Shown piece by piece: positions 27,111-36,357 of a DNA stretch of 64,000 bases; the stretch's first letter is position 1; each line of letters starts with the position of its first letter. A model generated the notes under the pieces. The model saw nothing but the letters and a program-made list of their open reading frames with translations. It searched no databases and was not told the DNA's origin. The DNA is from a virus, in IMG/VR virus record IMGVR_UViG_3300049845_000291, positions 32,001 to 96,000 of that record; one strand, 5' to 3'. The position numbers and the translations under genes are program-made.

Positions 27111-29936
27111 TCAAAAGGTGAAAACGGATTTCAGATACGCGGTTTGAGGAGTTGGAAGCTCTTGACCCAGAGCCTCAAAGATCCCCTTGATCTTCATGTC
27201 GATCAGCTTCTGTTCAGTGACCTGCATGTCGATCTGGAAGTTCTCCTTAAACCACTCTGGCAGGTGCATCATGTCCGCCGGGAACGCGATGCTCTTGAAC
27301 TGCCAGCTGTTGGGTCTCAGGTAGAAGATCACGGCCTTGTCACCAGAGCGAATGGCCTTACCACCTGGGTCAAAGGCCTCAAGGCACTCGTTGTAGTTCA
27401 CCGCGGCTCGCACGTGTCCTGGAAGCCGCACCTTGCCTCTACCGATCTTCTCGGTGCGCTTCCACTCAGCGTACAGCGCATCCAGGTTGTTCACCTGCTT
27501 CGCGGTACCGAGCGCCAACAGGTCCTCGGTGCGATGAATCAGCGACCCGCGGTGAGTGTTCACAAAGCGCTCAAGCTCATCATGGTCCTTGCCACTCAGC
27601 ACCAGGTCCATCAGGCCCTTCAGGAACTCCTGCACGACCTTTGGCGTGTCGGCTTTCTTGATCTCAGAGCCCATGCTCTTGAGTTTCGGCTTTGCGCGAA
27701 GGTCAGCTCCCTCAAGGTTCACCACCTTCAAGGTGTATTTTTTCTTGGCGAACAGGAACAGCCCCGCTTCTGCAACGACCTCACGGGCTGCCTGAATTAG
27801 GTTCTCGCGGCCACCAGTGCAGTTGAACTTGGAGGCCATGAACTCAGGGAAGGTGGCGTTCGTGCGAGCCGCAACCTCATCAGCTGTGGCGACGGCCTCC
27901 TCGTAGTTCGAGGCGCGCGTCATGAAGTAACACGAGTCTGTATCCCCGTAGATCACCTCATCCGTTCGAGTGTAGTACACCGCACCTTGGGTCTCGTCGT
28001 TATCACCGTCTTCCTCCCCAAAGATCATCGGGGCAGGTTCGGTTGGAAGCCTGTCGAGGGCCTCAAAGTTCTTGGTGTACCTGTTCAGCGAGTGCGAGAT
28101 GCCTGGCACGTACGTGGACTTGTTCCCAGCCTCGCGCGTGTACGAGTACCGCTTCTCAATCTTGCACGGCTGTCCCGTGACCAGCTCACCAATGGTCTGC
28201 CCCATGTGGATGCTGATCTGGCGGCCAGTGCCAGTCACTGATGCACCGATCTCTCGACGACCGAAGCGGAATGCCTCGTTCAAGAGCGCGCCGTACGTTG
28301 AGTTCAGCTGGATCTTCTTGGTGAGCTGCAACAGGTCGTAGTGCTCGGCCTGCCGTTCGTACTCAGCTTTCTTTACTGGATCGGTCTCTTCCTTGGCGAG
28401 CTTGGAGTACTTCTTCTTCTCAGCTTGCAGGCGTTTTCGCTCACTGAACCAGAAGGTCAGCGTGTCAGCCACCATGCCTGGTCGCGCTTGATCGAACACC
28501 GTACCAAACGCGCTGATCGCCCAGTTCATCTCACGCAGCACGTCGTACCATTCCGCGCCAGTGCGGGTATCAGCACCCCAAGGCATGTCAAGACACCAGA
28601 GGTTGTCATCGCGGGCATTGATGCCGTTCCAGGCTTTCTCTTCCTCGGTGAACTGTCCAATGAAGGTCTCGACCGACATGTTCAGGGCGCGAATCACTGA
28701 GGGGTACAGTGACGTGATGTCGACAGATCCGATCCAACGGTGCAACCCGGCCAGCGGAGTCATAACGATGGCACCTTCGACCTTGGCGTTCTCGGTGTCT
28801 GGAATCACCTTGTCCGTGCAGATCAGGTTGTGCACCTGATGCGCGCGGTTCATGATGCCGGTTTCGACATATCGAACGGTGCCAAGAATTGCCTCGAACG
28901 GCACCGTGTTCTCGTGCGCCATCTGGTTCACGAGCTGCATGAGCTTGAACTTCTGGTCAAGCTTGACAAGCACCTCAACGTCACGTGCGTTGTACGTGAT
29001 GAAGTGCACAAAGTCGCGGTTGTACAGCTGCTCTAGGGTGCCATCGTAATCGAGCTTTGGAACGTCAAGCTCCTCAGCGGCAATGTTCGCCAACGAGTAC
29101 GAGACACGACCTTCGAACGTGAACTTCTTGAACAGATCAAGATAGTCGAGGTGGGTGCGGCCACGCAACGAGTACACCGTTGTCTCAGTGCCGAAGCGAT
29201 TCACCTTCCTTGCACGTGGCAGCCCACCACCTGGAAAGCACAGCCTACCAGTTCCCTTGGTCCCAAAGAGCCGCTCAAGTCGCTTGATGATGTACGGCAG
29301 ATCGAAGAACTCAGAGTTCCAGCCGCTGACAATGTCGGCTTCTTCGATCTCCTCGAGCATCCCCGCAAGAAGCTCACGCTCGTTCTTGCAGATGAACACA
29401 TTGGGCTCGAAGCCGAGCTTGTTCTCGATCCATGACTGAACGAGCTTCTCGCGGAACTCCTTCTCGTTCAGCTTGAAGCCCTTGGGCGGCACCACGTACG
29501 TGATGTACTCGCGAGTCCAGGACTGGTAGATCGTGACCGCGTTGATCGGGGCGTACGGGTTCTCTGGCGAGCTGAAGCCGATCTTAGAGTCGTAATCGAC
29601 CTCGATGTCGATGAACGCGTAGTTCACGACCGGCGTGGCGCGGCCTTGGTACACGTCCATCAGCAGACGTGCAAGTGGTTGCACGTCTGACTCGAAACGG
29701 CGGCTGAACTTCTTGATCAGCGCCTGGAACTCGTCCTTGTCATTTGCCTCGACCTTGGCGAGCTTCTCACCCGTGATCGAGGTGTACTCACCGTCCGGGC
29801 TCGGCACGTAGAAGTACCGAGGCGGTTCGTACTCACGCAGGCCGCGTGGGCCACCGGCGATTGGACGCTCCCAGACCAGGATCTTGTCGTGATCCTGGTC
29901 GTAGACCGCGCTGATGTACGTGTTACTCATCGTCAC
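27111..29936 (-). CDS. Family B DNA polymerase (T4 gp43-like)
   Basis: Exo motifs DIEV, GWNSEFFD and YNARD; polymerase motifs DITSLYPS, KIQLNSTYG, YGDTDS and KKKY. Confidence 0.97.
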   Translation of the reverse strand: MTMSNTYISAVYDQDHDKILVWERPIAGGPRGLREYEPPRYFYVPSPDGEYTSITGEKLAKVEANDKDEFQALIKKFSRRFESDVQPLARLLMDVYQGRATPVVNYAFIDIEVDYDSKIGFSSPENPYAPINAVTIYQSWTREYITYVVPPKGFKLNEKEFREKLVQSWIENKLGFEPNVFICKNERELLAGMLEEIEEADIVSGWNSEFFDLPYIIKRLERLFGTKGTGRLCFPGGGLPRARKVNRFGTETTVYSLRGRTHLDYLDLFKKFTFEGRVSYSLANIAAEELDVPKLDYDGTLEQLYNRDFVHFITYNARDVEVLVKLDQKFKLMQLVNQMAHENTVPFEAILGTVRYVETGIMNRAHQVHNLICTDKVIPDTENAKVEGAIVMTPLAGLHRWIGSVDITSLYPSVIRALNMSVETFIGQFTEEEKAWNGINARDDNLWCLDMPWGADTRTGAEWYDVLREMNWAISAFGTVFDQARPGMVADTLTFWFSERKRLQAEKKKYSKLAKEETDPVKKAEYERQAEHYDLLQLTKKIQLNSTYGALLNEAFRFGRREIGASVTGTGRQISIHMGQTIGELVTGQPCKIEKRYSYTREAGNKSTYVPGISHSLNRYTKNFEALDRLPTEPAPMIFGEEDGDNDETQGAVYYTRTDEVIYGDTDSCYFMTRASNYEEAVATADEVAARTNATFPEFMASKFNCTGGRENLIQAAREVVAEAGLFLFAKKKYTLKVVNLEGADLRAKPKLKSMGSEIKKADTPKVVQEFLKGLMDLVLSGKDHDELERFVNTHRGSLIHRTEDLLALGTAKQVNNLDALYAEWKRTEKIGRGKVRLPGHVRAAVNYNECLEAFDPGGKAIRSGDKAVIFYLRPNSWQFKSIAFPADMMHLPEWFKENFQIDMQVTEQKLIDMKIKGIFEALGQELPTPQTAYLKSVFTF

Positions 29937-30261
29937 CGTACGATGAGTGATCGGGCGGCAGCAGCCCCATCACCGCGTTGATGAGTGCTTCAAGCTCCAA
30001 GACGTTGTCTTTACGCGCCGAGTAGTCGTTTGAGTACACCATCGCCACGTAGTAGTTGAAGAGCTTTGGGTTCAGATCAAGCTCGTTGCGAGCAACGTCT
30101 CGCAAGCTCTTGATGGTTTCTTGCTCGAGCTGGATCTTGGTCTTCGACCGAACGGCCTCATCAACCAGGTTTGTCAGCTTGGCCTTTGCCGCCGGGTCTT
30201 TGAGGATGTCCTCAATCGGGCGAAAACGGCGAGTGGGCGGTTCTTTGGTGATCAGGTTCAA
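29923..30261 (-). CDS. T4 DsbA-like dsDNA-binding protein
   Basis: LVDEAVRSKTKI..EQETIKSLRD.ARNELDLNPKLFNYYV pattern. Confidence 0.6.
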   Translation of the reverse strand: MNLITKEPPTRRFRPIEDILKDPAAKAKLTNLVDEAVRSKTKIQLEQETIKSLRDVARNELDLNPKLFNYYVAMVYSNDYSARKDNVLELEALINAVMGLLPPDHSSYGDDE

Positions 30262-30326
30262 GGCTTTCTCCTAGTACGAAGAAAGATTGTAACGAACGCG
30301 TGATGACGTAACACCCAGCCGGTGGA

Positions 30327-30719
30327 TCAGTTCAGTGTACGTTCTTGTTGGACCTCGATCAGCTGCGCCAGGCCAAAGGCGTGAATTGCCTTACCCTCAG
30401 CTGGGTCTACATTGGAATCTACCACCCAGACCTTCGCGATCTCGTTGGCGCCCCAATCCTTCGAGATCGTTGGCTGCCCGCTGTGTTTTGGATTCACCTC
30501 ACTGAGGAGCTTGAACTGCCGGGAGGTGGAGGCCTCATTCAGCGCACGCGTCAGGTCGCCAAGCACCCCATTGCATGACTCGACCGCTGCTTGCAACGTG
30601 TCAAATTTCTTCGAGCTCAAGATCAGGTCCTCGGCCCCCGGGACGATGGCCTTGAGCTTCGTTGGAATCACACCTGCTTCTGAGAGCTTGACGCTCATGG
30701 CGAACTGGTACTGCATCAA
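30327..30719 (-). CDS. Hypothetical protein
   Basis: Coupled ORF. Confidence 0.55.
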   Translation of the reverse strand: MMQYQFAMSVKLSEAGVIPTKLKAIVPGAEDLILSSKKFDTLQAAVESCNGVLGDLTRALNEASTSRQFKLLSEVNPKHSGQPTISKDWGANEIAKVWVVDSNVDPAEGKAIHAFGLAQLIEVQQERTLN

Positions 30720-31165
30720 TGCACCTTCAACGGTTCAAACTCGTACAGCTCCTTGAGGGGTGGCAGTGGGAACTGGTGATAGCAGACCTTGGCCTCAATG
30801 AAATCCTGGTCCTCGTGCTTGACGGTGACCTGGCTGAAGATGAAGGGGTTGTTGAAACCTGACACCGATACGATGTCACCTTCTTCGTCGAACTCGATCT
30901 TCGAGTCGTCTGGCTCGGCCGTCGGCAGGTACATCGGGTTGAACTCGGTCGAAGGTTCAAGCTTGACCTTTGACAGCTCCAAGATCGTCTCCACGGCTTT
31001 GTGAAGCTCCTTTGCAGCCTGAATGTCGGAGTCGTATGAGGTGCTTGTCACGAGCACTGTGCTGATCGCATCTTGGTTCGTGAACAGCTCAAGCAGCGAG
31101 CTTGCGGCCCGCTCATGCAAGAGCAGCGTGTAGAACGACTTTGTGGTGCTTGGAGGGGTGATCAT
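30716..31165 (-). CDS. Hypothetical acidic protein
   Basis: Coupled ORF. Confidence 0.55.
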   Translation of the reverse strand: MITPPSTTKSFYTLLLHERAASSLLELFTNQDAISTVLVTSTSYDSDIQAAKELHKAVETILELSKVKLEPSTEFNPMYLPTAEPDDSKIEFDEEGDIVSVSGFNNPFIFSQVTVKHEDQDFIEAKVCYHQFPLPPLKELYEFEPLKVH

Positions 31166-32289
31166 GAGTCAGGACCTATGACAAGCTCGTGATCCAAGGA
31201 GACTGCTTCATCCGATCCTGAAAGGCCAGTTCGGATGAAGGTCGGCTCGTTGTGTCGCTGCACCACCAGCGCCGGGAAAACTTCAGCCAGGGCTGTTGCC
31301 GTGACCATCAGGGTCTTCACGGCGTCATTGAGCTTCACGACCAAGTACCCATTCACCAAGGAGCTCAGAGGTGCCCAGATTGATCGCTCGCGGTCCAGGG
31401 ACGTGTATGGCGAGCGGGCAAACAGGATTGCCACATCGCTGAGTGGCGTGCCGGCGCCGGCAACTGTGACGCTCTTAACACGGAGCTTCACGTCGTTGAT
31501 GGGCTGAACGATCTCGTCAAAGTCGAGATAGAACAGGTGCCACTGGTCGGTGCTGGGTAGTTTCCTGACGTAATCAATGCCTTCCCACGACCCAAGGCCA
31601 ACGCGCGAGTCGTCGTCAATCACGTGCTCTAGTGTGAACAAGACCGTGCTGGTGGCCGAGGCCTTGCGCACGATAATGTCGACCTGCGTGTTTGTGCCGG
31701 TGATCTGGGTGTTGAACAGCACCGAGTTTGGCGGAACTGGCGACCCAACGGACCCGTCATACAACTGGTACTGATTTGCGCCGGTGCCGGCGGTTCGCTT
31801 GACACCGTTCACGTACACCTCAACTTGATCGGGCGTTGGGCCGGTAAGGTCGTACCTCAGCACCTTTCGGTTTACACCATCTTCGACACCGTTGATGATT
31901 GTGAACGCACCAGAGCGACGGTAGGTGTACTGCCGATAGTCCTGGGCCGTTTGATTCTCGGCCTCGAGCTCCAGTACGCACGGCCCGACGGACTTGTTAC
32001 GAACAGCCAAGACGAGCTGCCCTTTAGAACCAGTGCTCGTGCTGAGAAGCTCGCTTGGTTGAATCGAGCTCGATCCCGTGATCTGCTGACCGCGCTGATA
32101 CCAGTTCGTCAGGCCGGTTGGCGGCACGCCGAGGATCGACGAACCGTTCGAGAGGTATCCAACGGGTGACAGCCGACCCTCACAAAGCAGCGTGATCGTG
32201 CACCGATCAGGCTCATACCTTGTGACGTTGATCAGTTGGTCTTTGGTGCGCTGACAGACAGAGCACTTGAGTTGGACGTAGCGTTTCAG
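31162..32289 (-). CDS. Late virion-type protein with an N-terminal Zn-ribbon; probable CTG start
   Basis: Frame is open upstream of 32127 to CTG at 32287-32289 (KRYVQLKCSVC...CTITLLC), preceded by AGGGG and TAAATA. Contains VEVYVNGV. Confidence 0.6.
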   Translation of the reverse strand: MKRYVQLKCSVCQRTKDQLINVTRYEPDRCTITLLCEGRLSPVGYLSNGSSILGVPPTGLTNWYQRGQQITGSSSIQPSELLSTSTGSKGQLVLAVRNKSVGPCVLELEAENQTAQDYRQYTYRRSGAFTIINGVEDGVNRKVLRYDLTGPTPDQVEVYVNGVKRTAGTGANQYQLYDGSVGSPVPPNSVLFNTQITGTNTQVDIIVRKASATSTVLFTLEHVIDDDSRVGLGSWEGIDYVRKLPSTDQWHLFYLDFDEIVQPINDVKLRVKSVTVAGAGTPLSDVAILFARSPYTSLDRERSIWAPLSSLVNGYLVVKLNDAVKTLMVTATALAEVFPALVVQRHNEPTFIRTGLSGSDEAVSLDHELVIGPDS

Positions 32290-32311
32290 GTTGTCCCCTG
32301 CTAAATAGGCA

Positions 32312-32983
32312 ATGACTTCTTCAGTAGCAGTTATTTACGTGGTGTACTTGACCGCCTACTCAGGCAATCTACTGCCGCCGTTCTACATTGGGTCCACGTC
32401 AATGGGCAAGATCCATGCGGGCTACAATGGATCCGTGACCTCAATCGCCTATGGTTCAATCTGGAAGAATGAGAGGAAGGACCACCGTCATCTTTTTAGG
32501 ACAGTGATCATTAGCGAACACGACAGCCGTCAAGCCGCCCTTGACGCTGAACGTCGGCTGCACGAAATGCTAGATGTAGTCAACAGCCCTCTCTTCATTA
32601 ACCAGGCAATCGCTGGTGTTCATCCTCGCAATAGCGGCCGCGGTAGGAAAATGTCAGACAAGACACGCGCCGCGCTAAAGGCTGCTAATACAGGCCGTAA
32701 GCAGAGCGAGGACGCCCGCGAGAAGATGAAGGTAGCTTGGGAAAGCCGACGTCAAACGCCAGTAAGCGAAGAAACACGCGGCAAGCTGTCTGCTGCTCAC
32801 AAGGGGCGAAAACGCAAGCCTATGTCAGAAGAGACTAGAAAGAAAATATCGGCTTCAACGAAGCGCAGGCCGCCACCGTCCCCTGAATCGCTAGCAAAGC
32901 GATCAGCAACCCAGAAAGCTAGGTGTTCTACACCAGAAGCTAGAGCCAAACTATCGGCTGCCGGAAAGGCTAGGTGGACTTGA
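32312..32983 (+). mobile_element. Free-standing GIY-YIG homing endonuclease (Seg-like) with NUMOD3 repeats
   Basis: VYLTAYSG...FYIGST, YNGS and repeated (K)MSEETRxK(L/I)S motifs. Opposite strand to its neighbours, more A-rich, with its own TAAATA. Confidence 0.85.
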
Positions 32984-32984
32984 A

Positions 32985-33227
32985 CTAGGGCTTTTCAACC
33001 TGCGTCCGGTACTGACGAAGCACGACACCGAGATCGTTGCAGGTGAAGGCGTGCCCGTTCTCCACGTTCACCACCGAGATGCATTGCCCAAGCTGGTCCA
33101 CCTGCACGATCGGCAGCATCTCGCGCTTATACCAGATCGTGAAAGAAATCGTAAGCAGGCTGCTGATGATGCCAATCAACATCGCAAGCACGAAGAGCTG
33201 CGAGCTCGTGATGATGGAGTACTTCAC
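32985..33227 (-). CDS. Small membrane-anchored protein
   Basis: N-terminal TM segment and a Cys pair. Confidence 0.55.
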   Translation of the reverse strand: MKYSIITSSQLFVLAMLIGIISSLLTISFTIWYKREMLPIVQVDQLGQCISVVNVENGHAFTCNDLGVVLRQYRTQVEKP

Positions 33228-33406
33228 ATCCCACCTTTCTCTTTGATCTCGAACAACGAAGAACGGTTGACCCAGCGCTTCCAGGTCCCATCGTCTTCAC
33301 GCGCTGGGGTGACCTCGACGAGCTCTTGGGTCTTACCCACCACCTGTCGGTGGGCAACCCTGCCGGTGAGCTTGACCTCGATGTCATTCAGGACGTACGT
33401 GCTCAT
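33224..33406 (-). CDS. Hypothetical protein
   Basis: 60-aa coupled ORF; TAAATA at 33434. Confidence 0.55.
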   Translation of the reverse strand: MSTYVLNDIEVKLTGRVAHRQVVGKTQELVEVTPAREDDGTWKRWVNRSSLFEIKEKGGM

Positions 33407-33707
33407 GTGCGTTGATGAAGCATTTCCAGAGGCTATTTAGGTTCTCAAGACCCACTGGGTTTGCTGAGTGCACGTGCATCCTGATCCGCATGACCTCTTG
33501 ACTAAAATGGCCATCAAGGAACCCGTTGATCAGGAACCAAAGGTACCCTGGAGCGTCAGCCCCATCACCAAGGTCATGATCCAGGCTCATCGCCAGTGGC
33601 AAGCCATAGGTCTTGGTGTGCTCTGTAGCGGCAGCAACCGACCGAGCTACCACCCATGAACCATCAGGCGGGGCGCGCAAGTCATCCAGGAAGAGCTTCC
33701 AGGTCAT
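33384..33707 (-). CDS. Cyclic-phosphate-processing receiver-like domain protein
   Basis: LFLDDLR, SLDHDLG and HSANPVG motifs. Confidence 0.75.
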   Translation of the reverse strand: MTWKLFLDDLRAPPDGSWVVARSVAAATEHTKTYGLPLAMSLDHDLGDGADAPGYLWFLINGFLDGHFSQEVMRIRMHVHSANPVGLENLNSLWKCFINAHEHVRPE

Positions 33708-33741
33708 ATGTCATTGTACCCAGACCAAGGCCCGGTGTACA

Positions 33742-34362
33742 CTACGCCGTGGCGGTCAACCCAGCGGTGAAGATCTTCTTCGCGTTCCGTAGTACCGCGA
33801 GACAGGCCCGTGCGTCGTTAAGCGGGTTGTGCAGGCCGCGCTTGTCGATCCCGCCAAGAAGCTCGAAGACCACGTCTGACTTGTACTCGCCAATCAGGGC
33901 AAATGAGAACCCACTGGTGTCCACCAGCACGTGATGGAACTTCAGTGCGTCTTCCAACCCATGATCACGGAAGAGCTGCATCGTGAAGTCGTTGTCAAAG
34001 CTCACGTTGTGGCCGATCGACATGATCTTTGAACCAGGAGCGAAGTACCGCATGAGCAGCTCGATCAGCGCCGCAAGCGCTTCCTCCCGAGGCATGCCGT
34101 GTTCCGCCAGGTACTCACGCGTCAGCCCGTGAATCTTCTGCGCACCCTCAGTCCACTTGTACTTGGTCTCATCGAACCGTAGCTCGCAGTGCAAGCTGTC
34201 AACCTCTTCCCAGGTCTCGGTGTTGACGATCAGTGCGCCAAAGGACAAACCTTGGTGCGCGATGCTGGAGTCTCCACCGAAGTCTGACCCTGATGTCTCC
34301 CAATCGATCAGCAGCCCGTACTTTCCTGGATGTGCCTTGCTGTACCCGCGTTCCCAAGCCAT
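33742..34362 (-). CDS. DEDDh 3'-5' exonuclease (DnaQ-like)
   Basis: IDWETSG, IHGL, GHNVSFD, VDT, HNPLNDA. Confidence 0.85.
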   Translation of the reverse strand: MAWERGYSKAHPGKYGLLIDWETSGSDFGGDSSIAHQGLSFGALIVNTETWEEVDSLHCELRFDETKYKWTEGAQKIHGLTREYLAEHGMPREEALAALIELLMRYFAPGSKIMSIGHNVSFDNDFTMQLFRDHGLEDALKFHHVLVDTSGFSFALIGEYKSDVVFELLGGIDKRGLHNPLNDARACLAVLRNAKKIFTAGLTATA

Positions 34363-34363
34363 G

Positions 34364-34951
34364 TCAGTTCCTGTTCAAAAAGTTGATCACTTGATCAGCG
34401 CGCTCAGCTGTAGTTTTCGCACTGATCTCGAAGTACGGGGTGCTTGACATCAGAACGAAGTTCACCTCGTTCTGATACACCTGCTCGGCGCTGTTTCTCC
34501 TCGCGCGATGCGGGTCATCGACGAACTGCACGTGCTCCATGAGTGGAAGCAGCAGCACTGAGCTGTAGATCCTGTTCTGGGCTTCGAGACACATGAGGGT
34601 GTACTCTCTGAGCCATGCCATGGCCGGCCCGAGTGAGATCTTCCTGGCGTCAACTAGCTCCCACGTCCAGTACTGGGTGTACGCCACGATGTCTGCAAAC
34701 GTGCGCTCCACTAGGATCGGTCCCTTCAGGGCCTCGTCGTTCTCGGTCTTTCTGGTCCTCACAAGATCCTGGAACTTGCGCATGGTGTCCCAGGACTCCA
34801 TCACCTGATGAAGATTAGACCAACCGAGCTCGTTCTGGACGGCGCGCGAAACCTTGTACGGGTCGACTGCCCACCCACGTGCCTTGAGCTCCTCCAACAG
34901 GGTGCTCTTCCCGGCGCCCTGTGCGCCCGTGAGACCAATGATCATCATCAT
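34364..34951 (-). CDS. P-loop NTPase / nucleotide kinase-like protein
   Basis: GLTGAQGAGKST and VERTFAD. Confidence 0.75.
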   Translation of the reverse strand: MMMIIGLTGAQGAGKSTLLEELKARGWAVDPYKVSRAVQNELGWSNLHQVMESWDTMRKFQDLVRTRKTENDEALKGPILVERTFADIVAYTQYWTWELVDARKISLGPAMAWLREYTLMCLEAQNRIYSSVLLLPLMEHVQFVDDPHRARRNSAEQVYQNEVNFVLMSSTPYFEISAKTTAERADQVINFLNRN

Positions 34952-35289
34952 CGTAATGGCAGTAGCTCCGGTAGATCACGAAAAAGCTCTTCCTTCGTGA
35001 GGTGTGCCACCGCGTCGAAGAGCTCGTCTTCCTGGTACTCAGTGAAGGTCCACTGCAGGAAATGGCCTTCATACGACATCGAGCAAGTGAACCAGCTCGG
35101 GCGCTCACGAAGCGTTTCCAAGCTGAGAGATGGGCGCTCACGCAACTCTTCGGCGCCGATCTGAGTCTTGAAGTCCGTGGCGAACTCGCGCAAGGTGACC
35201 CCACGCTTCAGCTTCTTGATTCCAGAAGCCGTTCGTGTTCCTCGAACCGAGGCATCCACCGCGGTGACCAAGACAAATCGACGGGCCAT
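34948..35289 (-). CDS. Hypothetical protein (leaderless candidate)
   Basis: TACAGT 6 nt upstream of the ATG; internal LRERPS duplication. Confidence 0.5.
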   Translation of the reverse strand: MARRFVLVTAVDASVRGTRTASGIKKLKRGVTLREFATDFKTQIGAEELRERPSLSLETLRERPSWFTCSMSYEGHFLQWTFTEYQEDELFDAVAHLTKEELFRDLPELLPLR

Positions 35290-35374
35290 GCCTGAACTGT
35301 ATCTTGGCGGGCACTCATTTCCTGCTCAATCGAGGTCAGAGGGCGATAAATAGATCCAAATTCCTGGATTCGCT

Positions 35375-35722
35375 ATGGGTTCCTTCAAACAATTCATCCA
35401 GCTTCTTGATTCAGACCTGAATGAAGAGCAGCTCAATGAGATCTTCGGGTTGTTTAGAAACAACAAAGAGCAGAATGCTCAGAAGATCGCCGACCTGCGA
35501 AAACAACGGGCCGCCTTGGCTGGCAAGAAGAAGATGACTGACGCCGAGCTCAAGGCTGCCATGGATGCTTGGGCCGCTGGTCAGAAGAAGGTCCCCGGCA
35601 AGATCAGCCATGATGACCTGGAAGCTGCGCTCTCGGCCAACGACAGGAAAGCACTGACTCGCATGGACCGCGAGCGTGACGTGAAGAACGCCGAGCTGGC
35701 CAAGAGGCTTGGCCGAGCATAA
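35375..35722 (+). CDS. Putative internal head protein
   Basis: Own TAAATA; N-terminus MGSFKQFI...QLNE followed by a basic region. Confidence 0.6.
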   Translation: MGSFKQFIQLLDSDLNEEQLNEIFGLFRNNKEQNAQKIADLRKQRAALAGKKKMTDAELKAAMDAWAAGQKKVPGKISHDDLEAALSANDRKALTRMDRERDVKNAELAKRLGRA

Positions 35723-35723
35723 C

Positions 35724-35780
35724 CCGGCGACACCAGACAGCACCGAGGGGCCCTAGGGCCCCTCGTCTGTTTGGCTCAAC
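35724..35780 (+). terminator. CCGGCGACACCAG motif plus terminator hairpin
   Basis: CGAGGGGCCC-TA-GGGCCCCTCG at 35744-35765, followed by TCTGTTT. Confidence 0.7.
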
Positions 35781-35784
35781 ACCT

Positions 35785-35961
35785 TTACGGTTTTGGTGTC
35801 ACCGGTGGCACCATGTCAATCAGCTCGGCTGGCACCGTGTCGAGCTCTTGAATGTCGGCGCCGGTCGTCAGCTCGATCGAGCTGTCCATGTACGTGTATC
35901 TCTCCTCGGACTGGCGAGGTTGACGCAGCAGCGAGTTTGCCCAGGACTTGATGTCGCTCAC
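35785..35961 (-). CDS. Small hypothetical protein
   Basis: GTG start (MSDIKSWAN) with GGAGAGG RBS and GTGA overlap. Confidence 0.45.
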   Translation of the reverse strand: MSDIKSWANSLLRQPRQSEERYTYMDSSIELTTGADIQELDTVPAELIDMVPPVTPKP

Positions 35962-36065
35962 GTCCTCTCCAGGTACCAGATCTGCACATCGATCCAGGCG
36001 ATCTTGATCGCGTACCAGCGGCTCTCCAACCAGAGCCTGATGATCACCAACAGCAGGTCCATCAT
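35958..36065 (-). CDS. 35-aa hydrophobic peptide
   Basis: MMDLLLVIIRLWLESRWYAIKIAWIDVQIWYLERT; start and stop both overlap neighbouring genes. Confidence 0.4.
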   Translation of the reverse strand: MMDLLLVIIRLWLESRWYAIKIAWIDVQIWYLERT

Positions 36066-36277
36066 GCGTACTCCGAAAACTCCTCGTGCTCATGGATGAG
36101 CATGCGGTCGCGGTATCCTTCGGCTGCCGTCTCGGTCACCAGGTTGTCCGGGCTCGGCGAGTTTGTGGGGTACCGCATGGCGATTAGGGTTTCCGCCAGC
36201 CGCCAGCCGCGAACGTACTCCTCGTCGGCTTCGCCAGGGCTCAGCGCTTCAACCGGGATCAGTGCAAAGGTGCTCAT
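36062..36277 (-). CDS. Hypothetical protein (leaderless candidate)
   Basis: TATGAT 6 nt upstream of the ATG at 36277. Confidence 0.55.
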   Translation of the reverse strand: MSTFALIPVEALSPGEADEEYVRGWRLAETLIAMRYPTNSPSPDNLVTETAAEGYRDRMLIHEHEEFSEYA

Positions 36278-36283
36278 GGTGGC

Positions 36284-36333
36284 ATCATACACCGCTTACG
36301 GCTTGAACTTGTAACGCGTTACAACTCTAAATA
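36284..36333. promoter_or_regulatory. Back-to-back promoters around a 16-bp palindrome
   Basis: TTGTAACGCGTTACAA at 36309-36324; leftward TATGAT at 36284-36289; rightward TAAATA at 36328-36333. Confidence 0.75.
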
Positions 36334-36357
36334 GTTCGTCCGTCTAGGAGCCAGATC

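Noticed and set aside
27111-29936. Intein or intron in the DNA polymerase
   Set aside because: The ORF is continuous. The insertion lacks intein N-terminal C/S and C-terminal HN signatures and is too short for an endonuclease.
32312-32983. Group I intron-encoded endonuclease
   Set aside because: It is antisense to both neighbours, which are not halves of one gene, and there is no flanking space for an intron core.
35785-36093. Single 102-aa ORF from the track
   Set aside because: Better explained as two coupled small genes (35958..36065 and 35785..35961) with start/stop overlaps and an RBS.
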